NCBI GenBank assembly: GCA_963692915.1
Contig: OY843584.1
Span: 64,001-128,000 of the forward strand
DNA length: 64,000 nt
Direction: 5' to 3'
From: Cenarchaeum sp.
GTDB lineage: Archaea > Thermoproteota > Nitrososphaeria > Nitrososphaerales > Nitrosopumilaceae
The translations under genes were made by a program, and so were the position numbers. The notes under the pieces were generated by a model. It saw nothing but the letters and a program-made list of their open reading frames with translations. It did not search any database and had not been told where the DNA came from. The first letter of the stretch is position 1, and every line of letters starts with the position of its first letter. Below, piece after piece: positions 1 through 10,225 of this stretch.

Positions 1-80
1 CGGAGCTTAAAATTGTTTGGGGCACTACCGGCAATCGTGCGCACAAGGGTTAAAGTTGCGCCGCACAGGCCGTGGCGTCA

Positions 81-1547
81 ATGGCGTCAGTGACATTTCA
101 CGGGGGAGTAGGCGAGATTGGCGGCAACAAGTTCCTCGTGAACGACGGGGACACCTCGGTAATGATGGACTTTGGGATGAGCTTTGCAGCCGAGGGGCGC
201 TACTTTTCCGAGTACAGAAAGGCCCGGGCCTCCAACATCCTCCTTGACATGTTTGCGCTGGGCCTCCTCCCGCGCATAGACGGGCTCTATCGCAAGGACT
301 ATGCCGAGCACATGGGCGTCGAGTGGACAGAGGAGCCGCCTGTTGACGCCATTGTCCTGACGCATGCGCACATTGACCACTGTGGATACCTCGGCTATGT
401 CAGGGAGGACATTCCCGTATACTGCACAAAGGCCTCCGAGCTTATCATGAGGTGCTTTGATGACACGGGCAAGGATCACCAGCTTGCCACCCTGCGCACA
501 AAGTTTGTCTATAGCGACAGGTCAAAGTGGACACGCCTCACAAGGGACAAGCGCGAGCGCGAGATTCGCACGATGGAGAGCGGCAAAAAGTTCCGCGTCG
601 GCGACATTGAGGTAGAGCCCTGGGAGGTCGATCACTCGCTTCCCGGCGCGTGTGCGCTAATTCTTCACACGTCATCTGGCACGCTGGCAAACACGGCTGA
701 CCTGCGCTTCCACGGCCGGCGCGCAAAGTCGACTGAGCGCTTTGTCGAACGGGGCGCCAAGACCGGAGTTGATCTCTTGCTTTGTGAGGGCACGAGAATA
801 TCAAACAAGCCTGACACGCCGGCAAGGACAGAGCAATGGATTGAGACAGAGGCCTCCTCGATCATGCAGTCCGCAGACGGCCTTGCCATGTGCGGATACC
901 CGATGCGCGACCTGGACAGACTTCACTCGCTCTATCTTGCGGCAAAGGCGGCAGGAAGAATGCTCGTTGTGGACATGAAGCAGGCATACCTGCTTGAGCT
1001 GTTTGAGACGCACCTTCCGGGAACATATCCGCGCCTCGATGAGGTGGGCATATTCATAAACCGCGGGTCGTGGGGCCTAATCGACAAGAACTATCCTGAA
1101 GATGCGCTGTCGCGCGACTATGACAAGTGGAAGCGCGACTTTTTGAACCACCCAAATCGACTGGACTATCGCGATATCGCAGCAGGTCCCAAAAAATATC
1201 TCTACTATTGCGATGACTTTTCGCTCCAGAACCTCATAGACATCAGGCCACCGCAGGGCTCGACGTACATACGATCGCTCACAGAGCCCTTTGATCCAGA
1301 CATGGAGCGCCAGGAGGGCCAGGTAAAGAACTGGCTTGCCAAGTTTGGCCTCATTGGCAGTGACAGGCAGTGGCACAAGCTCCACGTCTCAGGCCATGGT
1401 GACGGGAGCCAGATAAAGCGCGTCATCGACGGCCTCAGCGCAGGCCGCCTCGTCCCCATACACACCGAAAAACAGAACGAAAAGCTCCATCGGACAATGC
1501 ACGACAATGTCACGTCAGTAGCGATCGGCGAGAGCGTTGACGTATAA
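81..1547 (+). CDS. Metallo-beta-lactamase / beta-CASP family hydrolase (RNase J-like)
   Basis: GGVGEIGGN N-terminus, DFG, THAHIDHCG (HxHxDH), VDHS, CEGT and C-terminal HVSGH..PIH motifs; ATG at 81. Confidence 0.85.
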   Translation: MASVTFHGGVGEIGGNKFLVNDGDTSVMMDFGMSFAAEGRYFSEYRKARASNILLDMFALGLLPRIDGLYRKDYAEHMGVEWTEEPPVDAIVLTHAHIDHCGYLGYVREDIPVYCTKASELIMRCFDDTGKDHQLATLRTKFVYSDRSKWTRLTRDKREREIRTMESGKKFRVGDIEVEPWEVDHSLPGACALILHTSSGTLANTADLRFHGRRAKSTERFVERGAKTGVDLLLCEGTRISNKPDTPARTEQWIETEASSIMQSADGLAMCGYPMRDLDRLHSLYLAAKAAGRMLVVDMKQAYLLELFETHLPGTYPRLDEVGIFINRGSWGLIDKNYPEDALSRDYDKWKRDFLNHPNRLDYRDIAAGPKKYLYYCDDFSLQNLIDIRPPQGSTYIRSLTEPFDPDMERQEGQVKNWLAKFGLIGSDRQWHKLHVSGHGDGSQIKRVIDGLSAGRLVPIHTEKQNEKLHRTMHDNVTSVAIGESVDV

Positions 1548-1555
1548 TGTTGGAG

Positions 1556-1628
1556 GGCCCCCGAGGAGAATCGAACCCCTGCCCGGGGATCCACAATCCC
1601 CTATACTAGCCACTATACTACGGGGGCC
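1556..1628 (-). tRNA. tRNA-His (GUG), genomically encoded G-1
   Basis: Reverse complement folds as cloverleaf: acceptor GCCCCCG/CGGGGGC, anticodon arm GGGGA-TTGTGGA-TCCCC, T-arm AGGGG-TTCGATT-CTCCT, discriminator C. Confidence 0.95.
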
Positions 1629-1792
1629 ACGCGCGCAATGGGTGACCAATCCCGTAATTAACCCTTGTCCGCGCCTGCGCGCACCGCCCCCTCCACAGCT
1701 TCTTGCGTCTGCGCACTGCCATTCCACACTGGGGTGGCCACGCGCGCAGGTGCCGAACACTACTTAACGGGGCGCTTGTGCCGCGTTGCGCG

Positions 1793-2299
1793 GTGCAACC
1801 ATGCCAGAGGGAGCACGCCGGATGCGTCATACGCAGGGCGAGCCATGAAGATCTAATCCCCGTAATAGAGATCAACCTAAAGACGCTGCCGGAGCACTAT
1901 TCGGACTATTTCTACGAGGAGCTTCTAAAGGACTGTCCAGAGGCGTTCCTCGTGGCAGAGTCTGACGGCAAGGTCGTCGGGTATGTCATCTGCAAGATCG
2001 AGCACGGGTTTTCAAACTTTAAGCGCCTCGGCTTTGTCAAAAAGGCGCACCTCGTATCCATAGCGATACTGCCAAACTCGAGGCGCGCGGGACTTGGCAC
2101 GGCCCTAGTGGAGGAGGCCATATGCGGAGTCAACCTCAGGTCGTGCCACGAGTTTTACCTCGAGGTCAGGTGCAGCAACGAGCATGCCGTTACCATGTAC
2201 GAAAAGCTCGGCTTTTCTGTGCGAAGCCGCCAAAACTCGTACTATCGCGACGGCGAGGACGCGTTCATAATGTCAATAGAGACGCAGAACAATCAATAA
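1793..2299 (+). CDS. GNAT N-terminal protein acetyltransferase (RimI/Ard1-like)
   Basis: INLKTLPEHYSDYF, HLVSIAI..RRAGLG, LEVRCSN..A..MYEKLGF, YYRDGEDA; GTG start estimated. Confidence 0.9.
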   Translation: MQPCQREHAGCVIRRASHEDLIPVIEINLKTLPEHYSDYFYEELLKDCPEAFLVAESDGKVVGYVICKIEHGFSNFKRLGFVKKAHLVSIAILPNSRRAGLGTALVEEAICGVNLRSCHEFYLEVRCSNEHAVTMYEKLGFSVRSRQNSYYRDGEDAFIMSIETQNNQ

Positions 2300-2325
2300 A
2301 TACGACCCGTATGCGCATGGCGCGC

Positions 2326-2559
2326 ATGGAGCGGCGCGGCGCACTAGGCGCAACGATATTTGTGCTGTGCATTGCGGCGTTCTTTGTGTATGCATACCTC
2401 CTAATGCTCTCTGAGTGGAGTCCCATAGTCATGCAGCTCTCGGTTCTCATGATTGCCGGCGGGGTTCTTGGCGCAATATCGTGGGTCGGATACACAATGG
2501 CCACAACGCGCAAGATACCGTCGATCGTCGTTCCGATGGACGATGACGAATCGCCCTAG
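2326..2559 (+). CDS. Small two-TM membrane protein of unknown function
   Basis: Two hydrophobic helices, ending WVGYTMATT; start estimated. Confidence 0.7.
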   Translation: MERRGALGATIFVLCIAAFFVYAYLLMLSEWSPIVMQLSVLMIAGGVLGAISWVGYTMATTRKIPSIVVPMDDDESP

Positions 2560-3395
2560 CTCGGCAGGATCGCATCAACTACTGTCTGGTAATAGCGCGG
2601 CCCGACCGGCCTCACTATGCGCGAGTGGGCCACACCGGTGCCCTGCGGCGCAATGTCGATGAGCTCACGTGCGGCATTTGGCGCCGCAAGCGACTTTGAG
2701 TCGGCATGGACATGCGAGTAATAGTGGATCGTCCCGCCAGGTCGCGTGGCTGCGACTGCAATTCCGAGGAACTCCGCAGACCTCTCTGGCAAGAGCATGA
2801 GCGTGCGGTCGGCGACCTCACGGCTTGACCACGCCGGAACAGCCTTGGTCGCATCGCCGCATGAGGCGATCACCGTGCCGGCAAGCCTATTACGTGCAAT
2901 GTTTGCAGTGCAGAGGTCAATGGCGAGCGGGTTGATGTCGATATTGTGAACGGTGCAGCGCGTGGACTTTGCGGCGACTAGCGAGAACGCGCCAACGCCG
3001 CCAAACATGTTGAGGACAGTCTCGCCGTCAGCTGTTAGCGACGCAATGCGCGCCCTCTCGGTGGCAAGGCGTGGGGAAAAGAACGCGCCGGCCACATCGA
3101 CTTGCATCTCGCACCCGTGCTCGCGGTGGATCGTCACGGTTCCGCCCTCGCCGGCGACTAGCTCGAGATCGCGAGTGCGATAGTCCCCTGACACGTCTGA
3201 GATTTGGCAGAACACGCGCGTGGCCCCGCTGGCCTGCGCTAGCACGGCCGCACCAATCTCGCGCCGGCGCGCGCGCAGCGCATCGGGTATGCGCACTATG
3301 GCAATGTCGCCTATCTGGTCAAACGACGAGCATAGCGCATCGGCCTCATCATCGCTGAGCGTGCCGGATAGCGCACGGCGAAGCGCACGTGTCAT
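2556..3395 (-). CDS. Trm5/Tyw2-family SAM-dependent tRNA methyltransferase
   Basis: FDQIGDIAI, FFSPRLATER, NMFGGVGAF, DINP motifs. Confidence 0.85.
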   Translation of the reverse strand: MTRALRRALSGTLSDDEADALCSSFDQIGDIAIVRIPDALRARRREIGAAVLAQASGATRVFCQISDVSGDYRTRDLELVAGEGGTVTIHREHGCEMQVDVAGAFFSPRLATERARIASLTADGETVLNMFGGVGAFSLVAAKSTRCTVHNIDINPLAIDLCTANIARNRLAGTVIASCGDATKAVPAWSSREVADRTLMLLPERSAEFLGIAVAATRPGGTIHYYSHVHADSKSLAAPNAARELIDIAPQGTGVAHSRIVRPVGPRYYQTVVDAILPS

Positions 3396-5179
3396 GACTG
3401 CGCGTAATAGTGGCTGCCTGATGACTTTTGCTCACGGTCAAGGCGGCTGCCCTGCTTGTTTATCCTTGGGCGCCGTGACCTCTCATCGCGCCTAAACGAG
3501 ACGCCAAGTGATCCCAAAAAGCGGTTCATCGCCTCAGGCTTTGGCAGCGGCGCACTGGCGTGGCCTGACCTGCCCGGCTCGCCCTCAAAGACTACCATCG
3601 TGTCTGAGACGATGTCCATGAGCTGCAGGTCATGGTCTATCACAATGACTGACCTTGCGTAGGATCGCGCAAACCGCTGGATGAACTTTGCGACTGCTAT
3701 GCGATCCTCGACGTCAAGAAATGCCGACGGCTCGTCTAGCGCGTACAGGTCGGCCTCCTGGAGGAGGCACGAGGCAACGGCGACCTTTTGGAGCTCGCCG
3801 CCAGAGAGGCGTCCAATGTCCTTGGAGTAGAACTTTGGCAGGCGCAGCGGTGCGGCAATCTGGGACTCGCCGTCGCTCCCCTCTATGGGAGATCCGTACG
3901 CCGCCGAGAGCGCCTCGGAGACGAGCGTGCCCTCGTGGGCCTCAACATACTGGGGCTTGTGCGATATCTTTGCCCTCTTGTCGACGGAGCCCGAGTCTGA
4001 GGGCTCGACTCCGGCGAGCATGCGCATCATCGTCGTCTTGCCTAGCGCGTTTGCGCCCATCATGCCGAGAACCTCGCCGCGCCGGACGCGGCCGGGCTCC
4101 ACTGTGAGCGCAAAGCCCTCAAATGATCTCGAGAGGGCCGGATACGCGACGCTCTCTGGCGCATCGGCGAAGGCCCCGCTCGAGGAGGACGCCTCAAACG
4201 TGAATCCCTTGTCGCGAAAGCGCACGTTCTCGCCGGGCAGGTACCCGTCAAGGAACGTGTTGATTCCAGTTCTCGCCGACAGGATGCCCGAGACGATGCC
4301 GTATGCGGCCGGCTCGCCGTACATGACCTCGATATAGTCGCTCAAAAAGTCGAGCATTGCCAGGTCGTGCTCTACGACCATGACTGACTTTGACTGCGCG
4401 GCCAGGCCGCGAATGACGCGCGCGACGCCGTTTCTCTGAAACACGTCATTGTGCGAGGATGGCTCGTCAAAAAAGTAATAGTCCGCATCGCGCGAGGCCG
4501 ATATGGCAACTGCAAGCCTCTGGAGCTCGCCTCCGCTAAGCTCGTTGACGTGGCGCTCCATGGAGTTGCGCAGCCCGAGCGACTCGACTAGCGTGCGCGA
4601 TTCGCCGCGCTCGTCATACTTTTCGACCAGCTCGGAAGCCGTCCCGTCAAACGCGCGCGAGATCCCCTGAGTCTGCTGCGGCTTTATTGCCGCGCGCATG
4701 CTGCCATCGCGTATGGCGCCAAGGTGCGTGCGCAACTCGATGTTTGGCGTCATGTCCAGTATGTCGTCCCACGACGGCGGACTGGCGTGATTGCCCATGT
4801 TTGGCACGAGGTTGCCGGCAAGTATGTTCACGACGGTGCTTTTGCCTATTCCGTTGCGGCCCAGGAGCCCTATGACCTCGCCCTTTTTTGGAACAGGAAG
4901 GCGATACAGGCGAAACGAGTTTGGCCCGTACTGGTGGATCTTGTCAGTCGAGAGCTCTGTTGCGAGGTTTACGATCGTTATTGCGTCAAAGGGGCAGACC
5001 TTTACGCATATGCCGCACCCGTTGCATATGTCCTCGTCGATGCGCGCCTTTTTGGACTCCTCGTCGATGACGACGCACTCGGCGCCGGACTTGTTGACGG
5101 GGCAATACTTTACGCACTCTAGGCCGCACTTGCGCGGCTGGCAGAGATCCATGTCAAGGACTGCCACTCTGTGGGTCAT
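3392..5179 (-). CDS. ABCE1/Rli1 ribosome recycling ATPase
   Basis: N-terminal Fe-S cysteines (CQPRKCGLECVKYCP, CNGCGICVKVCP), two NBDs (GRNGIGKS, LSGGELQ twice). Confidence 0.97.
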   Translation of the reverse strand: MTHRVAVLDMDLCQPRKCGLECVKYCPVNKSGAECVVIDEESKKARIDEDICNGCGICVKVCPFDAITIVNLATELSTDKIHQYGPNSFRLYRLPVPKKGEVIGLLGRNGIGKSTVVNILAGNLVPNMGNHASPPSWDDILDMTPNIELRTHLGAIRDGSMRAAIKPQQTQGISRAFDGTASELVEKYDERGESRTLVESLGLRNSMERHVNELSGGELQRLAVAISASRDADYYFFDEPSSHNDVFQRNGVARVIRGLAAQSKSVMVVEHDLAMLDFLSDYIEVMYGEPAAYGIVSGILSARTGINTFLDGYLPGENVRFRDKGFTFEASSSSGAFADAPESVAYPALSRSFEGFALTVEPGRVRRGEVLGMMGANALGKTTMMRMLAGVEPSDSGSVDKRAKISHKPQYVEAHEGTLVSEALSAAYGSPIEGSDGESQIAAPLRLPKFYSKDIGRLSGGELQKVAVASCLLQEADLYALDEPSAFLDVEDRIAVAKFIQRFARSYARSVIVIDHDLQLMDIVSDTMVVFEGEPGRSGHASAPLPKPEAMNRFLGSLGVSFRRDERSRRPRINKQGSRLDREQKSSGSHYYAQS

Positions 5180-5346
5180 GCACGCGGTGCGCAGGGCGCG
5201 TGGCTTTAAACCGTAGTCCACAGCACTGTGGGTCGCAGGGCGCGCGGGCCCCGCGCGCAGGCTCTGCTCCCTGAGGCGCGTGGGGCGGCAAACCCCACAC
5301 GTGGACACGCTACCTTAATAACGCGCCACCAATCGCAATTCTGACA

Positions 5347-5461
5347 AGCCGGCCACAGAGCCGGGGTGCGACCCAATCCCATTCCGAACTTGGAAGTCAA
5401 ACCCGGCATCGCTGTTGTGCTACTAAGGTGCGAGAGCCCTTGGGAAGCAACAGTGCTGGCA
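5347..5461 (+). rRNA. rrf: 5S rRNA (unlinked from 16S/23S)
   Basis: GGCCACAG...ACCCAATCCCATTCCGAACTTGGAAGTCAAACC conserved 5S loop; terminal helix GCCGGC/GCTGGC; ~115 nt; AT-rich CTTAATAA about 30 nt upstream. Confidence 0.93.
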
Positions 5462-5499
5462 TTATCCATTTTAGGGGGGATTCTGCGCATGGCGCGCAG

Positions 5500-5628
5500 A
5501 TGAGCACATGTGCCATATGCGGTGAGACCCTCGACGGTGACATTAGGCTGCTCAACCACATGATGGAAAAGCACGGGTGGCGCAACGCGTCCTCCTCAAA
5601 GCCGGACCGCAACAGCCGTGGCTATTGA
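5500..5628 (+). CDS. Small C2H2 zinc-finger protein (42 aa)
   Basis: CAICGETL...LLNHMMEKH = Cx2C-x12-Hx4H. Confidence 0.6.
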   Translation: MSTCAICGETLDGDIRLLNHMMEKHGWRNASSSKPDRNSRGY

Positions 5629-7094
5629 GACGTGAGGTACTCGGTCACAAGGCGCACGCCAAATCCGGTTGCGCCGCCGCCATTGTACGAGCGGCGAACC
5701 GTGCCGATCTGCGTCCAGGCCGGTCCTGCTATGTCGAGGTGTGCCCATGGTGTCTTGCCTATTGCGCGGCGCAGAAACGCCGCCGCCGTTATCGTGCCGG
5801 CCGTGCGTCCAATGCCCATGTTTCTCATGTCGGCGACCTTTGAGTCTATCATGCCGATATAGTCATCGTCGATCGGAAGCCGCCACACGCGCTCGCCGGT
5901 TCTAGCCGATGCGCGCTCTAGTGAGCGCGCCAGCGTGTCACTCGTGCTGATGAGTCCGGCAGTGCTTGCGCCAAGGGCCACGATGCACGCACCTGTGAGT
6001 GTTGCCATGTCCAGTATCGCGCGCGGCCTGTATGTCTGCTCCCCGTACGCCATCGCGTCGGCCAGTATGAGGCGCCCCTCTGCATCCGTGTTTAGTATCT
6101 CGGCGGTCTTTTTGCTGTATAGCGTGACAATGTCGCCTGGCCTGTACGCCCCGCCGCCGGGCATGTTCTCCACTGCCGGAACAATCCCGATCACGTTGTC
6201 GCGAACCTTGAGCGAGGCGATCGCCCTCATTATGCCAAGGACGGCGCATCCGCCACACTTGTCAAACTTCATCTCGTCCATCCTCTCGCCGGGCTTTAGC
6301 GATATGCCGCCCGTGTCAAACGTGACTGCCTTGCCCACTATGAGAACCGGCCGGCGTGAGCGCGGCGCGCCGGTGTGCTCCATGACTATAAGGCGTGGCG
6401 TGTTTCGGCTAGCGCCGCCGACTGCGGTGATCCCGCCAAATCCGCGCCTGCGCAGCTCGGCACCTGACATTATGCGGCACTTTATGCGCGGGCCGGCGCG
6501 TCGCGCGAGCGCGGCAAGCGTTGATGGCGCACACTCGTTGGGCGGCATGTTTGCCGCATCGCGCGCAAACACGACGGCATCGGCTATTGCTGCTGCGCGC
6601 CTGACTGCAGCAGCTACTGCAGGGGCCCCGCGGTACATGATGCGAATTGTCGAGACGTGGCGCCCCTTTGGCTTGCCAAACCTCCCAAACGAGTATAGCG
6701 CAAGGCGCGCCCCCTCGGTGACGCACGCGGCCGCCTCGGCCTCGCCGCGCAGGATCCCCGAGGGCACGGCAATGGCAATGTCCCTTGCGCGAACGTCCTC
6801 GGCGGCCTGTGCGGCCGCGCCTGCCGCACTGCGAAGCGACTCGCCATCAGCATCGGCCCTCGCGCCGACTCCGGCAACGATGATGCGCGCCGCGCCTGCA
6901 AGGCCCATTGTGTCAATTATGGACGTCGCGCCTGCGGCCGCCGCACCGTCCTCGGCGGCCTTTTTGGCCGCGCGCGCAAGGCGCGCGTCAATGCCCTCTA
7001 GTGAATATACGCGAGCAGGCGACTCGGTCGCAAATACGCACAGTGCGCTCGCACGCCTCTTCGCTGCAGCGCTACGCTCTGCGACTATCTTCAT
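5622..7094 (-). CDS. pepA: Leucyl aminopeptidase (M17)
   Basis: GKAVTFDTGGISLK, MKFDK, NTDAEGRLIL, ATLTGA, HLDIAG. Confidence 0.95.
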   Translation of the reverse strand: MKIVAERSAAAKRRASALCVFATESPARVYSLEGIDARLARAAKKAAEDGAAAAGATSIIDTMGLAGAARIIVAGVGARADADGESLRSAAGAAAQAAEDVRARDIAIAVPSGILRGEAEAAACVTEGARLALYSFGRFGKPKGRHVSTIRIMYRGAPAVAAAVRRAAAIADAVVFARDAANMPPNECAPSTLAALARRAGPRIKCRIMSGAELRRRGFGGITAVGGASRNTPRLIVMEHTGAPRSRRPVLIVGKAVTFDTGGISLKPGERMDEMKFDKCGGCAVLGIMRAIASLKVRDNVIGIVPAVENMPGGGAYRPGDIVTLYSKKTAEILNTDAEGRLILADAMAYGEQTYRPRAILDMATLTGACIVALGASTAGLISTSDTLARSLERASARTGERVWRLPIDDDYIGMIDSKVADMRNMGIGRTAGTITAAAFLRRAIGKTPWAHLDIAGPAWTQIGTVRRSYNGGGATGFGVRLVTEYLTSQ

Positions 7095-7507
7095 GCGTGC
7101 CCCCCGCTAGTGTCGGTATTTAGACCGTGCTGCCCAATGCGCACGACACGGCTCCTCGTGAGTGCGCTGCACGAGCGAAACACCACTGCGCGCGGCCCGC
7201 CGCACGAGTCCGAGCACGTCGCGCCTCCCATCGGCACGCGCCGACGTGCACGCCTGCCCCGCAGCATCCGCATCGCAAGGCGCGCAAGCCCTGCCCTCCC
7301 GCCATGCGCATATCCGCGATCGACGACCCAGAACATGTCGCCAGCCCCGTCGCCTATGGCATTGCGAAGCTCGGCGCCCAGGCTCGTATAGTGGCCCACG
7401 AACGAGAGGCGCCGGCGTGAGGCCGCATCGACTGCGCGCGCAAACGCCGAGCACGACGAGCACTCGTTGTCATACAGCACTATGGGCTCGATCTCCCCAA
7501 TCTCCAC
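7091..7507 (-). CDS. DCC1-like thiol-disulfide oxidoreductase (DUF393)
   Basis: VLYDNECSSC (DxxCxxC) near N-terminus; start estimated. Confidence 0.7.
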   Translation of the reverse strand: MEIGEIEPIVLYDNECSSCSAFARAVDAASRRRLSFVGHYTSLGAELRNAIGDGAGDMFWVVDRGYAHGGRAGLARLAMRMLRGRRARRRVPMGGATCSDSCGGPRAVVFRSCSALTRSRVVRIGQHGLNTDTSGGHA

Positions 7508-7586
7508 GATCGGCGCGTGAATGGCTCTGCAAATTAAAATTTCCACAATACGCTTTTAAGCACACGTGCGCGGAGCCGCGTCCCAG

Positions 7587-9254
7587 TTGGCCTCAAACTA
7601 TAGCCGAGTCCGCCGATCCGTGAGGCGCGCGCGCAAGCTCGTCATAAAGGCCACGACGCTAGCCGGCTCGGGTCACCCGGGAGGCTCGCTCTCGATGGCC
7701 GAGATCGTCGGCACGCTCCTCTTTGCGCACATGCGCCACGATCCCTCAAGGCCACTCTGGGAAGATCGCGACCGCCTCGTCCTCTCAAAGGGCCATGCCG
7801 CCCCCGGCCTCTACTCATCACTCGCCGTTGCCGGCTATTTTGACGAATCCGAGATCGCCACACTTCGCCGGCTCGGAAGCCGCCTTCAGGGGCACCCTGA
7901 CCTAAAGTGCCCCGGCGTCGAGTTCTGTGGCGGCTCGCTTGGCATCGGCCTCTCGTACTCTATCGGTGCTGCGCTGGCCGCGAGGATGGACGGGCGCGAC
8001 TCGCGCGTCTATACGGTAATCGGTGACGGCGAGGCAGACGAGGGCCAGGTCTGGGAGGCGGCGATGACTGCCTCAAAGTACCGCCTCGACAACCTTGCCG
8101 TTATCATGGACCGCAACTTTGTCCAGCAGGACTCGTACACAGAACATGTCATGCCGCTCGATGGCGGGCCGGCCGGAACCGCCGTTGGCGACTCGCGCGC
8201 AGACGCGTCGCTCTGGCGGACCGGCGACAAGTGGCGCGCATTTGGATGGAACGTCATAGAGATAGACGGTCACAAGGTAGAGCAGGTCATCGACGCGCTG
8301 CACCGCGCAGGCCAGGCGCGCGACATGCCGACTGCCATAATCGCGCGCACGGTAAAGGGAAACGGCGTTGAACACATGGCAGACAACCCCGCATGGCACG
8401 GACGCGCACCAAAGCCGCAGATTGCCCCACTAGTCGATGACGAGCTCGACTCGCAGACAATGGTGGCGCCCTCAATCATTGCCGGAGACATGAAAGACCT
8501 TGCCGGTGAAGTGGCGCGCTGCGAGCGAGGCGGGGCAGACTATGTGCACCTTGATGTCATGGACGGCAAGTTTGTCCCTGCCACAACGTTTGGGGCCGAC
8601 AAGGTCGCCGAGCTGCGCCAGCTAACGCTCCTGCCATTTGATGTCCACCTTATGATAGCCGAGCCCGCAAGGCACGTCGCCTCGTATGTCGATGCGGGAG
8701 CCGACATTGTGACGGTTCACGCCGAGGTGTGCGACGAGGCGACCTTTGGCGAGATGCACGACACGCTCCGTGCTGCCGGAGTGGGCGTCGGCCTCGCGAT
8801 AAATCCGTCAACAGACTTGCCTGAATGGACCGCGCGCTTTGCGCCCACGCTAGACCAGGTTATCGTAATGTCCGTCGAGCCGGGAAAGTCTGGCCAAAAA
8901 TACATCGAGTCCACGCATGACAAGGTTTGCGCGGTTCGCGACTCGCTTGCGCGCACCGGATTTGCCGGTGACATCGAGGCTGACGGGGGGGTCAACGCGG
9001 AGAACGCGGGTGCGTGCTTTGAGGATGGCGCGCGCGTGCTAGTCGGCGGAGGCGCGATAATGGGCAAGCCTGATGCGCGCGCGGCGATCGCCGAGTTTGG
9101 AGTGGCGATCCGGCGCGCGCGGCGCTTGATGCTCATGAGGCGTGCGCACGGGGTCGGCGGGTCGGAGCTTGTCTCAGAATGGATAGCGCTCCACGAGATT
9201 GGCAATGCGCGCACAGAGCTCGAGGAGATGGCAAGGGAGGCAGGAATGACTTGA
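7587..9254 (+). CDS. Transketolase N-terminal subunit fused to ribulose-phosphate 3-epimerase
   Basis: SGHPGGSLS, LSKGHAAP, GDGEADEG (ThDP site) then APSII, HLDVMDG, DVHLM, VMSVEPG, ADGGVN (Rpe). Confidence 0.92.
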   Translation: MASNYSRVRRSVRRARKLVIKATTLAGSGHPGGSLSMAEIVGTLLFAHMRHDPSRPLWEDRDRLVLSKGHAAPGLYSSLAVAGYFDESEIATLRRLGSRLQGHPDLKCPGVEFCGGSLGIGLSYSIGAALAARMDGRDSRVYTVIGDGEADEGQVWEAAMTASKYRLDNLAVIMDRNFVQQDSYTEHVMPLDGGPAGTAVGDSRADASLWRTGDKWRAFGWNVIEIDGHKVEQVIDALHRAGQARDMPTAIIARTVKGNGVEHMADNPAWHGRAPKPQIAPLVDDELDSQTMVAPSIIAGDMKDLAGEVARCERGGADYVHLDVMDGKFVPATTFGADKVAELRQLTLLPFDVHLMIAEPARHVASYVDAGADIVTVHAEVCDEATFGEMHDTLRAAGVGVGLAINPSTDLPEWTARFAPTLDQVIVMSVEPGKSGQKYIESTHDKVCAVRDSLARTGFAGDIEADGGVNAENAGACFEDGARVLVGGGAIMGKPDARAAIAEFGVAIRRARRLMLMRRAHGVGGSELVSEWIALHEIGNARTELEEMAREAGMT

Positions 9255-10225
9255 GCGCGCCGGAGATGGGGGACATGAGGACAGCGTATGGACGCACGCT
9301 CGTAGAGCTTGGAGAAAAGAACGCAGGGATCGTCGTCCTTGGCGCAGACACGACTGACTCGCTAAAGACTGCAGCATTTGGCACAAAATATCCGGAGAGG
9401 TTTGTCAATGTCGGGATTGCTGAGGCAAACCTCGTTTCAGTCGGTGCGGGTCTTGCGGCCTCGGGCAAGACGGCGTTCGTGAGCACGTATGCGATATTTC
9501 TGCCCGGCAGGGCAGTCGACCAGATACGCAATGCAGTCGCATACCCGACTCGCGCCGAGCAGCGCGGCCTCAACGTAAAGATTGTCGTCTCCCACGGCGG
9601 ACTCTCCGTTGGAGCCGACGGCGGATCCCACCAGCAGCTCGAGGACATTGCCATCATGCGCGCAATCCCGAACATGCGCGTTCTCATACCTGCTGACGCG
9701 TCTGCCGTGCGCGCGCTGACCATGACGATGGCATCCGAGTACGGCCCGTTCTACATGCGCATGGCGCGCTCAAAGGTTCCACGGGTTCACGGGCCATCCC
9801 AGGAGTTCTCCATTGGTGGCGCAATCACGGTTCGCGAGGGCTCGGACTGCACGATCGCAGCATGCGGCATCACAGTCAGCATGGCACTCGAGGCGGCGCG
9901 CTCGCTTGCCGCCGAGGGCATCTCGGCGAGGGTCATAGACGTCTTTTCGGTAAAGCCGCTTGATGCGGCAACGCTCGAGTCCTCGGCGCGCGAGACTGGC
10001 TGCATCGTGACGTGCGAGGAGCACAACGTCATGGGCGGCATGGGCTCGGCCGTCGCCGAGGCCGTCTCGGAGCGGTATCCGGTTCCCGTTCGGCGCATCG
10101 GCGCGCAGGACTCGTTTGGCGAGTCATGCCGTGACTCCGAGATACCCGCACTCCTCGAAAAGCACGGTATCACTCCAGTTAATATAGCAGAGGCCGCGCG
10201 TGTGGCGCGGAGCCAGATGCGATGA
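9251..10225 (+). CDS. Transketolase C-terminal (pyrimidine-binding) subunit
   Basis: GIAEANL, GADGGSHQQLED, EEHNVMGGMGSAV. Confidence 0.93.
   Translation: MSAPEMGDMRTAYGRTLVELGEKNAGIVVLGADTTDSLKTAAFGTKYPERFVNVGIAEANLVSVGAGLAASGKTAFVSTYAIFLPGRAVDQIRNAVAYPTRAEQRGLNVKIVVSHGGLSVGADGGSHQQLEDIAIMRAIPNMRVLIPADASAVRALTMTMASEYGPFYMRMARSKVPRVHGPSQEFSIGGAITVREGSDCTIAACGITVSMALEAARSLAAEGISARVIDVFSVKPLDAATLESSARETGCIVTCEEHNVMGGMGSAVAEAVSERYPVPVRRIGAQDSFGESCRDSEIPALLEKHGITPVNIAEAARVARSQMR

Noticed and set aside
5935-7110. 391-aa plus-strand ORF and many similar shadow ORFs
   Set aside because: Antisense to well-supported genes such as pepA; expected in high-GC DNA
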